Below are positions 13,594 through 28,429 of a stretch of 64,000 bases of DNA, in pieces. The DNA lies in the NCBI GenBank assembly GCA_015680685.1, contig MNCI01003306.1:828669-892668 (forward strand). Direction: 5' to 3'. The DNA comes from Gnetum montanum. Its lineage: Eukaryota > Plantae > Gnetophyta. The notes below the pieces were generated by a model. That model did no database searches and had not been told where the DNA came from. It saw nothing but the letters and a program-made list of their open reading frames with translations. A program made the translations under genes and the position numbers. Numbering within the stretch: position 1 is the first letter of the stretch; each line of letters opens with the position of its first letter.

Positions 13594-15683
13594 TGAAACA
13601 CCATAAAATTTTAGGACCCTGATGCCTCAGCAGAGTCTTGAAATTCAGGCAAAGGCTTCCACAAGTGCAGCGTCACAATGGATTGTCTAGACAACAAAGG
13701 CACTGAGGGTAGACTCCATAGTTTGGCAAGTTTTCTATTGCCTAGGCTAACATGCCTATTGGACTCTCTAGCCTACCCAACTGGACAATTGACCCAGCTG
13801 ATAGTCTACCCAGGGACCATGTTAGGAGTTGTTGAAAGTGTTGAGGATGAGTTAAACAATTTGGCAAGTTTTATAATAGAGAAATTTGCTATGCTATGCT
13901 ACGCTGCGCAGCATAGCAAGCCTTGAGAAGACCAATGAGACGTCCAAGATGCAAATTGATAACAAGCCAGTCTTCCAGAGCATTTGGCCTATTTCATCCC
14001 TAAAGCATGAGCGATATGGCACAATAAAATGTGGAAAATTTTATCAAGCATCATCTCAATATGAGTTCTATGCTACGCAGCGTAGCAGGGATATACATCG
14101 ACAACACTTGTACTCGGGTAGCTCTGACGAAGTAAAAGCACTTGCCCCTACTTCAACTGTCAAATAAGCTTGCTTTGCTGACACACCAAGACATGATAAA
14201 CATCCTATGACAAAATGTTTGAAAAAATAAGTGAGGATTTGGCCAACACCAAGTGCTACACTATGCTACACTATGCAGCATAGCACAACGTAGTAAGGAC
14301 AGAATGCACAAAGGCACCTCTGCCAAGTGACTCCAGTAAGAGAATCGCACTTGGCAATGCTTTGGCCTCCAAAACTGCCTGTCCCACTTAGCCCTCATGC
14401 CTCAAGCAAAGTGTCTTGATAAAACATTGTAGATTAAACAAGGATGCATGTCACATTGGTTGCTATGTTGTGCTACAGTGTAGCGAGGATGCAAAACAAT
14501 AGAATATCCCAAGGATGAACTCAGCATATTCGAAGGCTTTCTAGCATGGAAGACAAAGTTGCAGTTGCTTGCCTGACCAAGCCTCAGATAGATGCTCTCA
14601 GCTTCTAGGTAAGACTCCTTTCAAGACTAGTGGCTATGCTATGCTATGCTATGTAGCATAGCACAATGTAGCGTGTAGTTAGTTATGCTACGGCAACATG
14701 ATGGACAACATAAGTAATGTAACACTTACATGGAGGTATCAAGATGTTTTCAGTTAGCTCTAAAACTTATTGGCTATGATCATTCTCATCCTGGCATCTC
14801 TTCGACAGACAAAATCAACAAGCTTTCTTCATTTTTCATACCCTTGGTTAATCCCCAAAATTATCCCTATGCTTGACCCTGCTCGCAAGAGTAGGGAAGA
14901 TGTAGTCTTGGAGCATAGGCTCCATTTTGCTTTCATTGTTGGTATGCTTTCTAGATTTTAGTTTTAGAAATATGGTCACAACATAATAGGGTTCACATCC
15001 AGCATCACACACCTACATAGCACAATCATGCTTACACCTTGTGGGACCCAAGACACGTGGAATCCAGACCACATTTTTCTCCAGCTCCTGGCCCTATAAA
15101 TACCTTAGCGAACAATGTTCAAAGGGTTGGCTTTTTGAGTTGGCTTTTGGAGAGCATAGTTGGCATTTTTAGCATTTTGGTTAGCTTTGAGCATTCTAGT
15201 TGACTCCAGACATCCTTTTGCAGGTCTAGCATTTTGTCACTTTGGCAAGTAGATTGGCAAGTAGAAGAATCCCGAGTAGCGTGCTATTGGCTGTGACCAT
15301 ACTGCTTTGTTGTAGGCTGTGCCACTCCAGTGTTGCATATTCAGTTGTATGCTTTCCAACAGAACAAAGATCATATCTGCCATCTTGGGGTGGTGCATTT
15401 TCTCACCCAAGTCTCTTTTATCCTTTGTTTACTATCATTTTGTTTTGCACTATTTATATCGTCTTGCATTTGTTGATCGTTGCTTCACTTGCATACGTCA
15501 CTTCTAAAACAAATGTTTATGAAAGGTTAAGTTAAACCTATTAAATCCCTTTCTGATTGACTAGACCGGTTAGGGCACCTGATTTACATTTTTCTCTAGC
15601 ATGGCCCTCACACAAATCCGGGGTTAAACTGTACGCCCGATAACCTCTTGGTGTTCCAGCCACTGATGTTTTCGATTGCTGCA
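13594..15683 (+). repeat. 5' LTR of B
   Basis: TG...CA termini; direct repeat of 30226-32346; TATAAATA at 15095-15102. Confidence 0.95.
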
Positions 15684-15688
15684 AGTTT

Positions 15689-15704
15689 TGGTGCTATAAG
15701 GAGG
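15689..15704 (+). promoter_or_regulatory. PBS (tRNA-Asn, degenerate)
   Basis: TGGTGCTATAAGGAGG directly after LTR. Confidence 0.75.
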
Positions 15705-15923
15705 TCCTTTTGGTGCCCTTTCTGCATCTTACGGGTAGTCCTGCATACTATCTATACCCCATCACCTACTAGTGTAGACGTGACACCCTTGCGGTTGTCT
15801 ACGCATCGTGTGGTGTAGACTGGTCACAACGATGGTTCCTTTGGAACCTAGTAGGAAAAAAAGCCTTTGATCGCTTATCGATTTATGTGTTTCTTGTTTA
15901 CATTCTTCCTTCAACTACACAAA

Positions 15924-18900
15924 ATGATTCCCACAACCACTGCTATTTCCACCTTGAACCTTGAGGTTCCTTTCTTAGTTCAAAACACCATAGGTGCCAA
16001 GTGATCACCTAGCCCAGTGCTAGCGCCACACCAGTCTCTTAGGCTTCGACACCTGTCACCTAAGCACTTGGCGTAAGATGAAGAGAGTGCTATGACTTCC
16101 TCTGTGTGAAGGTCCAAGAGAATATACCCTTTGATCACCAGGAACTTGAAGACAAACGCAACTTCGAGTTTCTCCACTAGAACGAGAGGGAGTTTGTCCC
16201 TTCCCCTGATGTTGTCATCCCATTGATCAAAACGTATCAATGGGTCTTAAGCCAACTAATATGAGTGATTAGGTTCAGGGAGTGGGATACAACGTTCGAC
16301 TATGATGAGGCATTCTAGGATAGACAGGAAGATCGGGACTCCCACTCCAAAGGTGGTGGCCAGATCTATGCTACAACCATCCCTTCTACAACTATCTTCT
16401 AATCAAACCCACTTTTCTCGTCTGCCCCCTTCATGATTATCACGATTCCACCACAACCTACACCTATGTCAGTTGTGGCCAGCCATCCTATACCTCCTAT
16501 GTACCAGCATGGGGGCCCTTCAGCTTTTTTCTTAGTTACCCTTTCTTTTCAATTTTCCCCAGAAGTGTACCCAACATCACTCATGGCTATGCTACCATAC
16601 GTTCACACTTTGCCCATGTCTCAATCACATGCAAGCTTCGCCTTTGGTCCTTCATCTGCACTTGTCCCAACATTAGTGGCTAACCTAGTCTCAATCGCAT
16701 GGTGTGAGCCAACCCCATCCTTACTTATGGCACAACCCCCTCAGGTATCGTACTATGTGCAACCCTAAGCACACAAGCTTCTGCATGTAGTACAACCCAG
16801 CATAGGGCTATGGGCCACCCTACCAAGTAGGCAACGTATCAACCCCACAACCCCACCAATGGCTGCTACATCAATAGCACAACCCACTGGGTGGTGGACA
16901 ACCCAAACAACACCATTCATAGGAGCAGCAACAACAATGCCCCCCATGGGCCAGGCTGCTACCTCTACACCATAACCCCCATCGGTGCACATGGTAGCTA
17001 CTCAAGCAGCCCCCCAACCATTTGCAATGTTATCAGATCTGGATCAAGCTTTTCAACTTATCCAAACCCTCACTAAAAAAATTAAACACCTTAAAGCTAT
17101 TGATTCCAACACGATGCAGGTCATGGATTTCTACCATGATGATCCCATCAGCCCAGCCATCCCCATGCTTATGTTGCCCCCTAGGATGCCACTCCCCTAA
17201 TCTAAAAAATACAATGGGGAGGGCAATCCCAATGCACATCTAGTAACATTCAAGTCTAAATCTTTATTGTTGCAATAGTGTCCACACACTATCATCCACG
17301 TCTTTGCCATGTCTCTAATGGGAAAACTCTAGATTGGTACCACATGCTCCCACGTGCCTCCATCTCAACTCTGGAGGAGCTGCTGAGTTAGTTGATGACC
17401 CATTTCAAGTATAACTTAAAACTGGAGGTCACGCTAGATCAATTGATAAGCATCAAGTAAGACTCATTGGAATCTGTGCAAAGGTTCATATAGCGGTGGA
17501 GCGCCACCTTGAATGAGAACTGTGAGTTTATTGCGAAGGCCCATTTGTTGGCTATCTTCAAGGGGGAAGTAAATGATTTTATTAAATCAAAGTTGTACTA
17601 CATAGCCTCGTTCTCCCTTAGCTAAGCTTTTGCTTAGACTAAGAGCATTCAGGATGTAGCCGAGGCTAGCAAAGATCCAGCCTATATTACATACAAGAAT
17701 GCATACCTCAAAAAAGACAAGGAGAAGGGCAAGGCTGCAACAACCATGGTGGTCACTATGGCTAATGAAGCTAAATCCAACAACAACAACAATAAAAAGG
17801 TGGCTACAACAACAACATCTAGCTCAAGAAACACCGGTCAGCCCTCAACACCAGCACTTGAGGTGTCAACCCAGCCTAAACCCAACTTCGAGCGTAAGGA
17901 TCACTCCAAATACACTACTTTACCTATTAAGCCTTCAGAACTCCTGAAGCAACTGTTAGGGGTTGGATATATTCAGCAGAAGAGGATGTTGGAGGAAGAT
18001 ATTAAGTGTCATAAGCAGTATTGGGAACTTCTTAGGGACCCCTCCTTGGCCACGCCCAATGAGCCGCAAGTTCCTAAGAATTTCAGGCTGGAATGGTTTT
18101 GTTATTACCATCAACTGTGTGGTCATGACACAGACTACTGCTTGGTGTTGAAAGATGACATTCAACACATGATCAATCAGGGAAAGCTTGTCCTGGACGA
18201 AAGTAGTCCTGTTCACCCTGAAAACCAATCCATGCATGTTTACAAGGACCCCCTCAACACCAACAATGCGGGGTATATCATCAACACGATTGGCATTGAC
18301 AATAACCCAGAACCAACACAACAACAGTTTGTGGTGTGTGTGCCTCAACGTAGCGTAGCGACACCGATGATAGCAAAAAAAATGCCATAACAACCATTCA
18401 TCCTCAAGGTTTCCCCTCAGACATTTGCCTTACCTTTTGTGCTCAAAGCCACACCACTGCCTACACCAACACCACAGGCACCGTTTGTCATTAAGGTGCC
18501 AAAACATTCAAGCGCCCCTACCACACAGAGCCAACCAACTAAAACAGCCCAGCACACCCCCCCCCCCCTCGTTCAAAAAAATAGGAAGAGCATTTGGTGA
18601 ACAAGATGGCCAAGGAACACACTGCTTTAGGTCCTCCCAAGCCTACCCCCTTGTCCTCGGTGCCTATGGTCCCCTCATCATCAACAACTGATAATGTCAT
18701 ATAGAAGCAATCGTCATCGTCCTGTCCCAGAAAGTAGAACCCTCAACCTGAAGCTCCCCCTCCTTAGGAGATTCGTCTCCTAGGATGAATGAAGGAGGGG
18801 AAGGGTAATAGGCAAGATGGTGGGCAGGATCTGTTCAACACCCTCACCCAAGTTAAATAGGCTCTGAAATAGAAAAACACAATGTTGAGCCTATATGACT

Positions 18901-19703
18901 TGGTGATGAATTCTACTACGCATTGCGAGGCCACGGTTCACATGTTAACGTCCATACTGGTCGATGAAAACATGTCAGTACAACAGAAAGAGATTCACGC
19001 TATTATGCTTCCCTCTAAAGTCGAGGAACCATAACCACCTTAGTTAACATTCCGCGATGAGTCCATTAAGGATGACCCTGAAAAGGGTTAGGTGACAATA
19101 GCACCCATGTTCATCACAATTCGGGTCGGTTAGTGCAAGATCCGAAGGGTACATGTTAATGCCTGGGCTGCTGCTAATGTCATCCCCTTTTCCATAGTGG
19201 ACAAATTGGGCTTGGTCAATCAAATCAAGCCCACAATGAAATCTTGCCTAAAATCATTTAACGGGGCGCATGTGTAGATAAAAGGAACTTTTCGCATCAA
19301 CTTTGTGGCAGGGGACTAGTTCCCCACAAGCACAATATTCATAGTGATAAAGGAAATGCCTGTGTTCAACTTGATCCTAGGGAGATCATGGTTAGCCCAA
19401 CTAAGGATTGTTTCCTCTCTAATACTCCAGGAGATTCACTTGCCTTATGTAAGAGGGGAAGTGATAATTCATGGCGATGAAGTGGCTCCCTGAGCCATAA
19501 ACAATGTTGGAATGGAGTAAGGATCAGAGATTGAAATATTTGAAGACCGAACCCCCATTCAAACTGAAACCCCTAAACAAGTTGAAACTAGATCAAATGA
19601 AGAAGCAACATGGGATAAGCTACCATTTCAGATAGTAGACGATGACATAAACGAGTATCATAACAAGGCCCCTTGACTGTACGCATCACCGAGCCCACGA
19701 TGG
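15924..19703 (+). pseudogene. gag-protease of B
   Basis: VMDFYHDDPI...KYNGEGNPNAHL, knuckle CYYHQLCGHDTDYC, protease NLILGRSWL; many stops and frameshifts. Confidence 0.9.
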
Positions 19704-19899
19704 GTTAGGAAGCAGTTGTGAGAATGATCGTTACTTGCATTAGTGTAACTACTTCACTGCTTCCACCATAATTACTGCTTGCATCAATGATATGTCCACT
19801 ATTCATATTTTTTGCTTTGTATTCATTGTTGATGCTATTGTCTTCCTCATTGTTTATATTGTTCACATTACATCCATTGTTTGCATCACATCACGACTC

Positions 19900-20070
19900 G
19901 CTAAGGCCTAAAACTAGTAAAAAAATTTTTTATTATCACCCTACGATGGCCCAGAATGGCCTTAAACTACCATTATGGCCTACTAAGGCCTAAAATTGGC
20001 AATTTTTTATTTCATCACCCTATGATGGCCCGAAACTATCGATGGCCCGAAATGGCCTAAAACTAAGATG
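19900..20070 (+). repeat. Post-protease tandem array of B
   Basis: Repeated GGCCCGAAATGGCCTWAAACTA-like units. Confidence 0.75.
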
Positions 20071-20233
20071 AGAAGCTCCTAAGGAGCTTAAAAATAAAAA
20101 TAAAAAATAAATACAACACAATGACCAAAATGAAATAAATATCTTCACATTATATTATTCATTCAATATCAACCAATAATGTTTACAAATTTTTTTGTAA
20201 ATTCAAAGACGAATAAAATTCCCCGCCACTACG

Positions 20234-23200
20234 CTATGAGTCTTCACCCACACCACCATTCCCTGCTTCATTGGGTCTGGTGTTTTCATTTGGATCCTGC
20301 ACAAAAAAGAGAATAAAAAAATCAATTAAAGCTACAACAAAGGTTGTTATAAAATAAACTATGACACCACAAAAGGTAACTAACCCGAGATGGCCTCGTG
20401 TTCGTTTCAGGGGGTATCCAATCCATTCCGGCCATGAGACGTTGCAAGATTTCCTCCTTGGTGATGTTGGCTCAATTTCTATCTCCTAAATCAACGCTTG
20501 ATACAACCTTCTCCTTTTCTATAGCTATCCATCTGGGTGGTTTTGGAGAAAAGGTGGTAGTGGTGGTATCACCCGTGGGAAGAGTCATCTCCCTTTCGGG
20601 AGATTCACTAACTGTCACTTGTTGCATGAACCTATCATAAGCCCTAGAAGCACCAATAATGTCAAGGAATAGCTCATGGGTATGCAACTTGATCAAAGCA
20701 TCCCAATAGTGTTTACAGTAGGTAGCACATTCTATTTTATACATATGTTTGTGATTCTTCTATGCCTGCCTCCACTCATAAACCTTCGCGCTATAATCCT
20801 TTCAATCTTGGTTCTTTTGGACTAGAAAGTCCATTTGCATGTGCTATTTAATTATTTCGCGTGTGGATTCATTATTGCATCACAAGGCCATCCAATATCT
20901 TGCGTAGTCGATGATGACTATATGCCAACTACCATCGTGAGTGTCCTGGGCCAATAGAAATTCATTCTTGGATTGGAGTCCCCCATCTTAGCAATTAGGT
21001 TGGCCTTCTCCCTCTCAAGTTTTTGCACACGTTTCGAGAGGTCTTCATTCACATGCCTGCACTCCCACAGAGAGAGTGCCAAGTACAACACACATTTACT
21101 TGCTTCATTGTATATGTGATGAGGTACTTCGGTCACCTCCGACAGAAATTCAGGAACAACGTTGACCTCAACCACCTGCTTGGGATCCCACTTGAGGAGA
21201 GAGGTTGCCAATTGCAAATGGAAGGGCATTAGTCACAGTGACATAGTGAAATTGTAACAATGTAGAAAACCTAGNNNNNNNNNNNNNNNNNNNNNNNNNN
21301 NNNNNNNNNNNNNNNNNNNNNNNNNNNNNNNNNNNNNNNNNNNNNNNNNNNNNNNNNNNNNNNNNNNNNNNNNNNNNNNNNNNNNNNNNNNNNNNNNGCA
21401 CACTGTCAAACAAGTGGTCAAACTCACCAGTGTTAAAATGGATTCACTCTCTTTATAGCTAATCCAATAGTGTAGCAACATCCTTCACACTCATATGCCC
21501 CTCTGGTACTGAACCATACTCAACAAAAGGGTCATCAGCAGGGACCTCTTCCTGACCAGCAGGGGCCTCTTCCTCATCAGCAAGCGCCTCTTCTTTATCA
21601 GCTGGAGCCTCTTTTTCTATGGTCAAGGCCTCTTCATCTTCACCTATTTCCCTTGTTCCAAGGGCTAGAACCTCTTTCTCCCCTTCTTCCACTTCTTCCT
21701 CTACTATAAAACATAATTATGATAAGCGAGATACATCAACTTGGAACAGACGCTACGTTGTGCAATGCTATCTAGCATAGCATACTGTAGCACAGTGTAG
21801 TAAGTGTTAACGAAATAGTCAAACACACTTACCAATTGGGGGCTGCACTCTACGAATTTTAAGTCAGCTTCTTCCCTGTCTCTTCATTTGTATGAGGAGG
21901 CTCTTCGGTAGGATGAGATTTCTTACGTTGCAACTTAGTCTTCATTGTTTCTAAAATGACACGTGCTTCCCTTGACATGTTACCTCCGAGGGATCTTGGG
22001 ATCATGTGGTATAGAAGACCTGGCAAATCCATGGCTTTGATATCTAGCTATGATCTTGCTGTACCTAGATTCCATTTTTACGGATCACCAGGAACTCCTC
22101 AAAGCACCGCAAGCAAGCTATAAAAAAGGCGTAGTGTACGTTGAAATGGGACTCAAGCTTCTCACAAAACTTGACCATTTCAATGTGCAAGCCTTCAAAA
22201 AGGTACTAGGCCCAATTGTAATGGGTTCCTTCCTTCATAAACTCCTTCATTATCCAAGCCTACTCCACCCTAAGGATATTCTTTTGGAAGAGTAGCTTGG
22301 GGAAGGCACGGGCACAGAAGACAGGATAAATCCTTTCGGCCACTACTAGCTTGACCTTGTGGATGTAAATTTGCTTTCGATCCTTACTTATCCCTAGCCA
22401 CTCCTCGATGTCCCCCTGATGGTTCACATATTTCTTATATTTTTCTCCTATAGGGAGACCATCAGAAGGGACACTGAAAAGATCTACAAAAAGTTGATCA
22501 TCAATTCTAAATACCACCCGCACACCATGAACATGTGAACTAAAGTAGTCAGCCTTCTCGGTGAAGGAATCAGCTAGGGAAAGCATTTTGGTAGCTGGTA
22601 CATTCAGATTTACAACCAAAAATAAGTTCATGAGCCTAGCCTCCTAAAGGTTGTGGACAATGGTGGCTAGGGCCCTATTACAGAGCCAATGCTGAGTCTC
22701 TTCCACCTCTCTGTACTTGAAGAAGAGGTTGGTTTCGTTATGCCTAGAGGTGATCATAGTGACCTCTTGGGATTCTGTCACCACTATAATACTTTGCAAA
22801 ACAAAAAGAGAAAGTTAGCCAAAAAAAATCATGAAAGCACATCATCACTCGAACACATAACAACAAATCCACGGTTTAGCGTACTAGGTTTAAATGGCGT
22901 AGGAAATGGTGGGAGTTCCACTAGCATATCTTTAATGGTAAGCGGTCTGAGGGATGCCCACTCCCCATCCAACCAACTAGCCTTCCTACACTTTCCATAA
23001 AATTTAGAATACCGGGTTGGGTAGGTTTTAAACTCAAGCCCAAGTTTCCCTATTATGTTGACACACACGTTCCCAGTAGAGGAGAACTCCTGCAAGGACA
23101 TTTGTGCTAATGCCAAGGCATCTATGTCATTGTGAAGACCATTCCCATCAATATAAAACCTGGCAGTAGCAAAAATGCAGTTAACATATCTATCTAGTGT

Positions 23201-24829
23201 AACATAGATTATAAAACATGTTAAGATACCTCCACAAAACTCACCCACTGACATAGTAAATGATTTCAGGTGGGTTTTGAAAATAAGTGTCCATCTGATG
23301 GGCAATGTATAATGTGTTATATAAGTGATAGCATTTGTACTCAGGCATGTTCCGGATCCAACTTAAGCACCTCAAGCCTCTTGGGTGTTGGTTGGAACCT
23401 TCTGTACCTTCACCTCCGATCACCCCATTAGCCATGAACTTTAGAATACTCTGTTTTGCCCCAGGCAATAGTGTTTCTGTAATTGCAATTGTTGTCTTGG
23501 CTGATAAGTGTGACCACACAATCACACTAAAATGGTAGAGGAGGAACTGTAAGAAGTCTCATGCACCCTCCTAGAACCAGACTGCCTACTACCCCACACA
23601 TGCATGGGAAGGAGGGACGTTGGCCACAAGTTCACTTAGGTAGCACAAGACTCCTACAAGTTCAAGGACAATCAAGATAGGTTTAAACATGACCCTACAT
23701 GATAAAGAATCAAACGTTAGCACTATGTTCAAGTGAGGTTTACATGTAGCATAGCGTGACCATCTGTTTACAAGTAGCATAGTGTAACCCTTTGTTTACA
23801 TGTAGCATAGCATGATCTTCCGACTATGAATCTCCCTTCTAGCATGAACCAAGGAGTCCTGCAATGAATGAAGGTAAACATTGCATTCAGTGTACTAAAA
23901 AAGAGTTGGGAGTAGCATAGCATAATAATTAAGTCCAGCTTAATGTAACAACAGCGAGTGCACACCACGATGCGACAATCACATGGTACATGGAACAACG
24001 CAAAAGACATACCTAATATAGCACAACATAACAGCCAACACTTTCACATAAGAATGACAGTTGCTTCCCGCGCAGCATAGCAAGATGGATGCATCGTACA
24101 CAACGTAATCTATAATAAGCATACCACTGTAGCCGATGTCACGGCATAGCAAATTTGGCAGAATAGCGAATTTAACAACATAGCAGTGCTACAAATTTGA
24201 CAACGTAGCAATATGACAGATTGCCAACATGATGACCTAAGGGCCTCAAAATATAAGCAAAGTAGCATAACAACAACAACCTTACAGTCTAACCACAAAA
24301 ATGAGAGAGAATTCACAATGCTCCACCATCCCAACCCTACCTTGCCACATGAAATAGCTCGCACTACACCACGCTAAACATGCATCATGCTTCCATAAAA
24401 AGTTTTGCAAATAACTAAACCCCTCCAAGGGCAGTACGTTACGCCCAGTGTGCACTATGCTACTCAGAACCATCCAAACCCTCACGATAATGCAGCCACC
24501 ATTCTTAACAATGGCAACTAGGGTGATACTGCATGCAATCATAGCGTAGCATCCGTACGGCCGCTGTGGCCAACTAGCGACAACAACAGCGTAGCAGCCA
24601 AAATGGTAACCAAAATAGTAGCAATAGATGCAAACTCCACCACAATAATAGCAACAACAATCTAATCATATTCATCACCTAAAGGAAATCAGGATAGTGT
24701 AATGACTTACCGAGCTGACGGAGCCTCTTGTCACAGCTAAACGCATGCCTTGGATAGGTGTCCCATAGTGTCCTTCACCTCGTCTACCTTAGCAAGTCCT
24801 TGATGCTTGCATTTGCCTTTGGGTGTCAT
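20234..24829 (-). pseudogene. Antisense multi-exon cargo gene of B (FCP1/NIF-like pseudophosphatase, transposon-protein-like domain, acidic tract, coiled coil)
   Basis: Exons approx 24829-24711, 23694-23245, 23159-22885, ~22790-21833, 21703-gap, ~21205-20385, 20296-20234; splice sites and peptides match the C and D copies. Confidence 0.8.
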
Positions 24830-24958
24830 TGTCTTGCTCGCGAATTTTCTTTTCCAACTACTACACTATGCCTGTTGCACTCTCTCTATTCGATCACGCT
24901 ATGCTTTGGGTGTGAGCTCTGACAATGAAAATGAAAAGTTTACCAGGGGTTAAACCCC

Positions 24959-24966
24959 TATTTATA
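24959..24966 (-). promoter_or_regulatory. TATA box of antisense gene (B)
   Basis: GGCTATAAATAGGG about 130 nt upstream of ATG; same context as D at 52518. Confidence 0.65.
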
Positions 24967-25055
24967 GCCGAAGTGGTAAAACACTTGTCATTTTCATGTT
25001 TTGATTAATGCAGGACGTCCCCTATAGCATAGCACTATTACTGACAACATTGTAG

Positions 25056-28000
25056 TGTCCTTGGAAACATCCCTAAATTGGCCCGAACATCTGGTCCAAG
25101 CCTTAGACTTAGAGGCCAAGGATGTGACTGAGGACCCTCTCATTGAAACACCTGTAACTACATCCAGGGGGAAATAAAGACATTAAAAGTTAGCTCCCTC
25201 ATAGATCCACAAATGCAAAAAGACATATCTAGGGTTCTCTAAGACAATGTCAAATTTTTTGCATGGTCCTATGAAGACATGCTAGGCTTAGACCTACAAC
25301 TCATATAACATAACATTGTCTTAGACCCACGTGTCAAGGTATTTTAGCAAAAGGCTCAAAAAATCAAACCAGAAGTCACACTAGCTATACGTGATGAAAT
25401 CACCAAGTTGTATCAAGCTAGTTTCATTCATGCGGTCGATTACTCGGAGTGGGTGTTGAACATCGTTGTAGTTTCTAAGAAAATGGGAGGTACACTAATT
25501 TGTATAGACTTTTGAGATCTAAACAAAGCAATGATTAAAGATGATTTTCCATTACCAAGTATTGATCAACTTATAGACACTACGGCTAGTCATGCGTTAC
25601 TATCCTTTATGGATGGGTTCTCAGGTTACAACCAAGTCTGCATCAACCTAGAGCATCAGTTAACAACTACTTTCATGACCCCTTAGGGAACCTTTTGTTA
25701 CACCATGATGCCTTTTGGAATCAAAAATGTCGGAGCAACCTATCAAGGAGCCATGACATACATTTTTAGCTACTACCTCTTGGAGAGACTAAATGATTAC
25801 ATGGATGAAATAACAATCAAGTCTAAGGGAGCTATTGATCATCCCAATGATCTAGATGTAGTCCTCAAACTTTTTCACAAGCATGACTTGTGTCTCAACC
25901 CAAGGAAATGTGTTTTCGAAGCTAAAATCGGACACATGCTAGGGTTTGTAGTGTTGGAAGCTAGGATAGGAGTGGACCCTGATAAGGTAAAGGCCATCGT
26001 CAACTTAGCACCACATACGAACCTTAAAGAGCTATGTGGGTTACAAGGAAGAGTACAGTTTATCCAGAGGTTTATCGTGAACTTGACTGACAAGTTACAC
26101 CTCATGAAACACTTGCTAAATAAGAAGGTCAACAAGCCTTTAATAGAATTCTAACAATGTCAACAAGCCTTTAATAACCTAAAGAAAGAGCTTTTGCACC
26201 TCCCAATTATTTACCCATCATAGAGGGATAAGCCTTTCTACATCTACCTTGCCACCTCGGACACATCTATTGCAGCATTGTTATGTCAAAAGAAAGATGA
26301 TGGCTCTCAGGTCCCAGTTTATTACTTGAGCCATGCGCTAATAGCTTATGAGGAAAAGTATAACGAAGTAGAAAGAAATTGTCTCGTTCTAGTGTTCGCA
26401 CTAAAAAAGTGGAGACATTACCTATTTCATAGCAAGCTTAACATCATATGCAAGAGAAACATACTTCGAGCTATCACAACGAACTTGTATGAGAGCAGTA
26501 GAATAGCCCGATGGAAGGCTATAACAGCAGAATTTGACTTACATTATGTAGCCCAATCATCAACAAAGGGTCAAGCAATAGCTACACAACTTACAACTTC
26601 ATTTGTTGATGACTAGGCAATAATAGAGCCCTAATTCCCTACGAATACATCAATAGCCTAAGCCCTATACCATCTGACTTTGAAGCAACTCTACATTTTG
26701 ATGGCGCTTCAACCACATGAGGAGGAAGCGCTGCCATAGTTATTACTATTCCTTCTAGGGATATTCAAGCTTTTGCTAATTGTTTTACTTTCCTTTGTAC
26801 GAACAACGTAGTTGAGTATGAAGGACTCCTCAGGGGCCTCTTAGTAGCCTGAGAACTAAAGATTCAACATTTGGTAGTCCAAGGATTCCCAACTCATTGT
26901 CAACTAGATTATCAAAGTCTATGCCTATAAACCTTCACACTTATAGCCTTATTACAACTTGGCCAAGAGTTTGCTGAAAAAATTTACAACAATAAACATC
27001 CAACACATGCCTCACAACGAGAACATCGTAGCAGATGCGATAGCCACTTTAGCATTGAACATGCTACCACACATGTTTGCTACCTTTCCTTCTTCGATTA
27101 AAGAATGCACAGACCCTATTACTCAAGCGGTACACATCACAGCTATCAGTACAACTAATATTCAAGAGTGGTACGCTAATATTAAAGCTCACCTTCAACA
27201 CGGAAAACCCCTGCACGGCTTAACATCTGGTCAAAAGGATGCAATCCGAAAGTGAGCATGGCAGTATGTCCTCGTAGGAGATAACACTTTATGTAAACGC
27301 TCCTTTGATGGGATATTATTAACCTGCGTTGGTGGGGAACAAGCATACAAGATTTTTCATGAAGTCCATGAGGGACTATGTGGAGGACACATAGCTCCCA
27401 GGGCTATGGCAACAAAAATTAGATGCCTAGGATATTACTGGCCTTGCATAGAACAAGATTGCCTTGCCAAAGTTAGGATGTGTGATACATGTGAACGCCA
27501 TGAAAATCTTATACATGTATCACCTACTGAGTTGCACCCTACATAGATTACATGGCCATTCCAACGTTGGGGACTAAACATCATAGGACCCATCACGCCT
27601 AAGTCTTTCGCAGGACACAGCTTCATCATCACTGCCACTAAGTACTTTACAAAGTGGGTGGAGGCTATTCCCCTAAGGAAGACTACATCTCAACGGGTTT
27701 GCTACTTTATCCTAGACAACATAGTAACAAGGTTTGGTCTTCCCATGACTATTGTGACATATAACAAGCCACAGTTTAGTAGCGTGGAAACCAAAACCTT
27801 TTGTGAAAACCTTGGCATCAAGCACTCGTTTTCATCATCGTACTACCCACAGGTAAATGGTCAGGTAGAGGCAATAAACAATGCCATCAACTTGCTCAAA
27901 AGAATTCTTAGCAGCAGTAAGAGGTGATGGCATGAGCAAATCCTCTACATGTTATGGGCTTACTGTATGACGTGTAGAATGGCTACAGGTAAAACTCCTT

Positions 28001-28407
28001 ATAGCCTTATTTATGGATTTGAAGCAGTGTTACCTCTTGAATTGTAGGTACCTTCACTTCAAATGGTCCTTTCAAGCATCATGAATGAGGCCTAGAACAA
28101 CAAGTCAAGGATCAGTGACCTTGACTTCGTAGAGGAAGAGCGTGCCCAAACACTTGATTGCATTGAATGGTACCAGGGCAAGCAGCAACAAAAGCACCAT
28201 TTCAATCTACATCAACGATCGATCAAAAAGTAGGACCTAGTCCTCAAGGTTGTTCATGAACATGTAAACAAGTTCTCAGCAAATTGGGAAGGCCCATTCG
28301 TAGTCATGAAAGCCTATGAGAATGGGGCCTTCAAGCTGGCTGATATGGATGACAATGAATTTGTAAATCCCATGAACCACTTGTACCTCAAGCATTACTA
28401 TGTTTGA
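25056..28407 (+). pseudogene. pol of B: RT, RNase H, additional archaeal-type RNase H, integrase
   Basis: MPFGIKNVGATYQ, YMDE (YxDD site); RH PVYYLS...YNEVERNCL; aRH LHFDGAS...CTNNVVEYEGL...ENIVADAIA; INT HEGLCGGH, CDTC, YYPQVNGQVE, WEGPF. Confidence 0.95.
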
Positions 28408-28429
28408 TAAAAAGCGAGGTAAGTGCCAT

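Noticed and set aside
15242-15535. Hydrophobic ORFs duplicated in both B LTRs (env-like?)
   Set aside because: T-rich R/U5 sequence; duplication is explained by the LTR pair and the starts differ
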